From assembly GCA_024679065.1 (NCBI GenBank), contig JAGIQG010000008.1, forward strand, positions 91,264,001-91,328,000: a DNA stretch of 64,000 nt, written 5' to 3'. A model generated the notes under the pieces. It was not told the origin of the DNA, did not search any database, and saw nothing but the letters and a program-made list of their open reading frames with translations. This stretch comes from Sphyrna mokarran (taxonomy: Eukaryota). How positions within the stretch are numbered: the stretch's first letter is position 1; every line of letters starts with the position of its first letter. A program made the position numbers and the translations under genes. This document shows, piece after piece, positions 59,063-64,000 of the stretch.

Positions 59063-59859
59063 AATATTAGATAGCTTCAACACAATCCCCAATCTGTCTC
59101 AGAATTTCAATATGTCAACATTTTTGTGACATACATCACAAGGTTAAGGGAAAAATAACTGTGCAACACTGAGAGCAGATACTTGTGTATTGTGTTCTAG
59201 TTCTCAGGAGCATGGTGCCACAGTGACTTTCTCGCATGTATTCTTCTCTTCTTACAGATCAGATCTCTCTGAAATCTGCTGCTGGTCCCCTGGTGGTCCA
59301 ATCCAGGGAAGAGTTAAGTAATTGCTACAAAGCACCGCAAAATCTAAAATAAAAATAGAAACTGCTGGAAATGCTCGGCAGGTCTTGCAGCACCTGCAGA
59401 GAGAGAAAAACAGCATTAACATTTCAGATCGTTGCTTCTCTATCTGTGCCTTAGGATACCTGACTGATGCTGGAGCAATGTAAGTGGTGATTTACACTGC
59501 AGAGTATTGGTGACTAATTGAGAACAATGGATCACGAGTCAATAATGCCATTCTAATAACGATTATGATTCAAAATGAAGGGATGGGATTTTGGGGGGCA
59601 GCATTAGCAGTCACAGCATTTTGCCTTGGTCTGCCCCAGGGCTATTGTTCCAAAAGTAATATTTAGCTAATTGAGCCTGTTAATGGACACTAGGGGCCAA
59701 CTGTCAGAGGCCACCTGGGGTTTTCCAATTGCCTTCCAGACCTCCACAGATGGTGTGGGACAGTCCAGCTGCCTGAATGTCAGAGTGGGCTAATATTGTG
59801 GTAGGGCTTTAGAAACAACCCACTCCACCCCCCACTCTCACTGCCGACCTAGTTTCAAT

Positions 59860-61218
59860 AGCAGCTGAAAGCTGAATCTCCTGCTATTCACATCCTCGGG
59901 GTTACTATTGACCAGAAACTGAATTGGGTCAGCAATGTGAATACTGTAGGTACAAGAGCAGATCAGAGGCTGGGTATTTTGTAGTTCATGACCTGTCCAC
60001 TATCTTCAAAATATAGATCAGGAGAGTGATGGAATACTTCCCAATTGCCTGGGTGTATTTTAAAAAAAAACATTTTATAGGAGTGAATGTTGATGGTTAG
60101 CCCAGCATCTATTGACCACCCTAATTGCCTTTGAGAAGATGCTGGGGAGTTGCCTTCCTGAATTGCTGCAGACTATGTGGTGTACATGCAGGTATTGCTA
60201 GGGAGGGAGTTCCAAGATATTGACCAAGCAGCAGTGATGTAGTTCCAATTTAGGACATTGAGTAGCTTGAAGGGGAACTTGCAGGTGGTGGTATTCCCAT
60301 AAATTTGCTGTCCTTGTCTTCCTAGTTGATAAAGTTCATGAGTTTGGAAGAAACTGTTGAGAGAACCATAATAAGTTACTGCAGTGCATGTTGTAAATGG
60401 TACACACTGCTGCCACTGTGTGTTAATGGTAGAGAGTGGATGTTTGTATAAGAGGTGCTAATCAAGTGACCTCTTTGTCCTGGATGGTGTTGTGCTTCCT
60501 GAATGTTGTTGAAGCTGCACTCATCCAGGTAAGTGGAGAGTATTCCATCACACTCCTCACTTATGCCTTATAAATACTGGAGAGACTTGGGTGGGTTACT
60601 CACCACAGAATTCCCAGCCTCTGACTTACTCTTGTAGGCACAACTTTTATATGGTTGATGCAGTTCTGTTTCTGATCAATGGTAACACCCAGGATGTTGA
60701 CAGTGGAGGTGGACAGTGGTGATGCCACTGAATATTAAGGGAAGATATTTTCACTTATCAACTCTGAAGAAACTCAACATTATCCAGGACAAAACAGCCT
60801 ACTTGATTGGATACCTAACCCATCACCTTCAATTCACTTCCTCCATCATTGATGCATCGTGGCATAAATATGGACCATCTACAAAATGCACTGCAGGAAC
60901 TCACTAAGCCTGCTTTGACAGTACCTTCCAAACCCATGAGCTCTACCACCTGGAAGGACAAGGGCAGCAGATGCATGGAAACACCATCACCTGCAAGTAT
61001 CCCTTCATGCTACATATCCTGACTTGGAAATATAATCACCATTCCTTTACTGTTGCTTGGTCAAAAACCTGGAACTCTCTTCCAAACAGCAATGGGTGTA
61101 TCTGCACCTGATGGACTGCAGAGTTCAAGAAGATGGCTCACCACCTCTTTCTCAGGAGCAGTTATGGATGGGCAACAAGTACTGGCCTTCACAACAATGC
61201 TCCCATCTTGAGTTTGAA
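59860..61218. mobile_element. CR1-group family 2 LINE (+; 59860-60055, 60750-61218) with an antisense copy of the same family inserted (60060-60745)
   Basis: TLKKLNIIQDKTA frame on the + strand; TTTGTCCTGGATGGTG and GAATTCCCAGCCTCTGAC mark the antisense copy. Confidence 0.8.
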
Positions 61219-61411
61219 TTCTAGCACACAGGGTGGGCACTAAGGGGAATAGAAACTGCCACGTTTGTGAAGAATAGAATTTAGGATATGGTGCCATGTT
61301 TTCAGCTGCCAAAGTTTTATATTATTTGAAGTACCCACTTTAAGCCTATCCACCCTTGACCTAACTTTCCTCCTTCCAGTTACTCTTTGACCAAGCTTTT
61401 AGTCATTTGAG

Positions 61412-61650
61412 TTCTGGAATATAAAGCTAGTTTCAGTAATGGTGACCATGAAGCTATCTGAAACCCAATTTGATTCACTAATGTCTTTTAGCGAAATAAA
61501 TTTGCTATCCTTACCAGGTCTGGCTCATACCCACAGCAATGTGGTTTACTCAACTACCCTTTTAAATGGCCCAGCAAGCCATTCCGTTCAAGAGAAATAT
61601 GAATGAGCAACAATTGCTGGCCTTTCATGAATGCTCACATTCCATGAAAG
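61412..61650 (+). mobile_element. SINE family B, 5'-truncated
   Basis: GATTCACTAATGTCTTTTAG...CCACAGCAATGTGGTT. Confidence 0.7.
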
Positions 61651-61690
61651 AATCTGCCTTAATACTCCTTATTTGCCTCAGTATCATTTC

Positions 61691-62006
61691 TAGAATGGAA
61701 CAGATTCTCTACAGCGCTGAAGAAAGCCATTTGGCCCATGGAGTCTGCACTGATCACAATCCCACCAGGCCCTATTCCCGTAATCCCACATAATTACGCT
61801 GCTAATTCCCCTGACAGTAGGGTCAATTTAGCATGGCTAGTCAATCTAATTCGCACATCTTTGGACTGTGGGAGAAAACAAGAGCATCCGGAGGAAAGAC
61901 ACGGAGAGAATCTGCAAACTCCACACAGACAGTGATGTGAGATCAGAGTTGAATCTGAGTCCCTGGTGCTGTGAGACAGCAGTGCTGACTACTGTGCCAC
62001 CGTGCC
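61691..62006 (-). mobile_element. HE1-type V-SINE (CR1 tail)
   Basis: AATTTAGCATGGC...GCAAACTCCACACAGACAG...TGTGCCACCGTGCC. Confidence 0.88.
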
Positions 62007-62749
62007 ATGTGTTTGATAATGTCCATGTGAAGTGTCTTTGGACATTTACCAGTTAAAGATGCTGCATAATTCGTTGTTGGTTCTGACATTGTTTGCAACA
62101 TCAAAAGATGCTCTGAAGTAGAAAGTTAATCTCACACTCAGTTGGGAGCAGCATTCACAGGGAGTGTGTGGTGAGATAGCTCAAGTGTGGGAGCATTAGA
62201 ATGTAACTCCGGCTTTTATTAGTAGCCCCAATGAATAACGTTCTGAGAAAAATATCTGAATAAGATGAATCTCAGCATTATTGATGTTGAAGTATGTTTG
62301 AATGCACAGGATGCAAAAATAGTAAGTTCAAAAAGTTTCACAATATTTGAATTTTCCCATTTTTAAAGTGTTTCAATTCTTGCGTAACAGAGAATGTAAC
62401 AGCACAGAAATTGACCATCACTTCAGAAATAAGCAACTCACTCTACTGCCAGTCACCCAATCCCATATCTTTTGATATTCCTATTTTGAGGAAAAATCCA
62501 ACTTCCTTTTAAAAGAATTCACCAGTAGTTTGTGGCAGAAAATTCCATATTCTGAAATTTATGTAAAAGAATTTATTTCTAGGCTTCACTTTTTAATTAT
62601 TTTTATATCTGTCTTAGAATTTTCCTCTTTTGTTAATTCTGAGAAGTATTTTTTCCTTTGTAAAGGTGATAAAACTTATAGAAAGTCAAGGAATATTGCC
62701 ACAATGGCTGAACCTCTGAGCTTTGATGGCTGGAAGTAGGATGTACTGA

Positions 62750-63245
62750 GCAATAACTTTTCAGCTTTACTACAAAGTGACTGTTGAAATCAAAAAGTGT
62801 TTGGTAGGGTGCTGCACAATAGACTTGTGAGCAAAGATATTGCTTATAGAGTAAAACGGACAGTAACCACGTGGACACAAAATTGGCTAAGTGATGGAAC
62901 ACAGTGAGTAATGGCTAATGGAAAATTTTCAGGCTGGAGGAATGTTTGTACTGGAGTCCCCTAGGGGTCAGTGTTGGGACCTTTGCCTTTCCTGACATAT
63001 ATTAATGACCTTGACCTTGGTGTACAGAAGAATCTTTATGGGTGATACAAAATGGGGATAAAGTTCAATGAGGAGAAATGTGACATAATTCAGTTTGGTG
63101 AAAAAAGGACATTGAGAGGCAGCATAAAATAGGGTGTACAACTGAAAGGTACAGGATTGAAGAACTGGGTGTATATGTATGTAAGTCATTAAAGGTGACA
63201 GACAGGACAGGATGAGAGGACAGTTGATAGATGGACAATATCCTA
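62750..63245 (+). pseudogene. CR1 reverse-transcriptase relic
   Basis: GGAGTCCCCTAGGGGTCAGTGTTGGGACC = GVP*GSVLGP, then YINDLDLG and GDTK. Confidence 0.85.
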
Positions 63246-63256
63246 AGGGAGCAAGA

Positions 63257-64000
63257 GGGGATTTTCTGCCCCTATTTTGGCACATGGGAATAGTGGAGGG
63301 GGCAGGGAATTAAGGGGAGAATTCTAAAACATTTTTCACGCCAGCAGAATCTCCTCAGCCTTTTTTGTCTTTGCCCCCTGACAGTGACGTAACGGAGTTC
63401 CTGCCATGCATTGATATGAGCTCCATTTGAATGTATTAACATATGCATAGCAGCTCCCTGTTGGATCATCCTCCCACGTAGAGAATTCCTCCACCATTGC
63501 TGCCCCCACCTCCCCCGTCACATTGGCAAGTTTATAATCAACTTTGAAGAATGGGGAACTGATGAACAGATCTTGCCAGGGTGCACAAGAAATTACAGCC
63601 CCCATGTAAGAAAGGATAATGCTCAGGCAGTGCCATGACTGTCCCAGGCACTGTTCTCTGGTACTGACCTCTAGAACTGCCTCCTGACACTGCATTCTGG
63701 CATTGCCCATTGGTGTTTGGACATTGCCATCTGGCAGTTTCAGGGCAGTGATAAACAGCTCCATCAGGGAGAAATGCCAGGAGGTAGGTGTTGGGACAGT
63801 GTGTGGACAGTGTTAGGGGTCAGTGCCCAGTTGTGCCAGAGAAGTATCAATGCATTCCATGGGAGTTGGGGGTGGGGGTTCCGTGTCCATGGCAGTGGGG
63901 GATGGGTTTTTTTTCCTATTTTTAATTTCTTCAGATTGGGGTGTCATGATCTTTCAGAAGCCAAGATTGCTTGTGTAGCAATCTTGGGAAGTGAAGGGAC
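63257..64000. mobile_element. Probable Harbinger-type non-autonomous element (runs off the window)
   Basis: Repeated GGCAGTGCC/GGCATTGCC motifs as at 53090-53120; ATTTGAATGTATTAACATATGCA core. Confidence 0.4.

Overview
Eukaryotic, AT-rich, CpG-poor, non-coding DNA, almost certainly from a cartilaginous fish (probably a shark). The inference rests on about 17 HE1/V-SINE-type copies, CR1 3' ends, SacSINE1-like DeuSINEs and Penelope palindromes. I find no convincing host protein-coding gene, so the window looks like a large intron or intergenic region. The supplied ORFs are chance frames or decayed transposon frames. Recognisable decayed coding relics are CR1, L2 and Rex1/Babar reverse transcriptases, a Penelope GIY-YIG endonuclease, PIF/Harbinger Myb/SANT ORFs, and a Gypsy (Gmr1-like) LTR + tRNA-Pro PBS + SCAN-like gag + protease. 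The most interesting observations are: (1) a short element headed by U2 snRNA sequence; (2) an HE1-headed SINE subfamily with a swapped, Rex1-like tail; (3) a bipartite 5'+3' Rex1 derivative; (4) recurrent snap-back/templated-insertion scars; (5) deep nesting of elements inside one DeuSINE. All family names come from recalled motifs and within-window comparison by eye, not from database searches. Most boundaries are approximate (about +/-20 bp).
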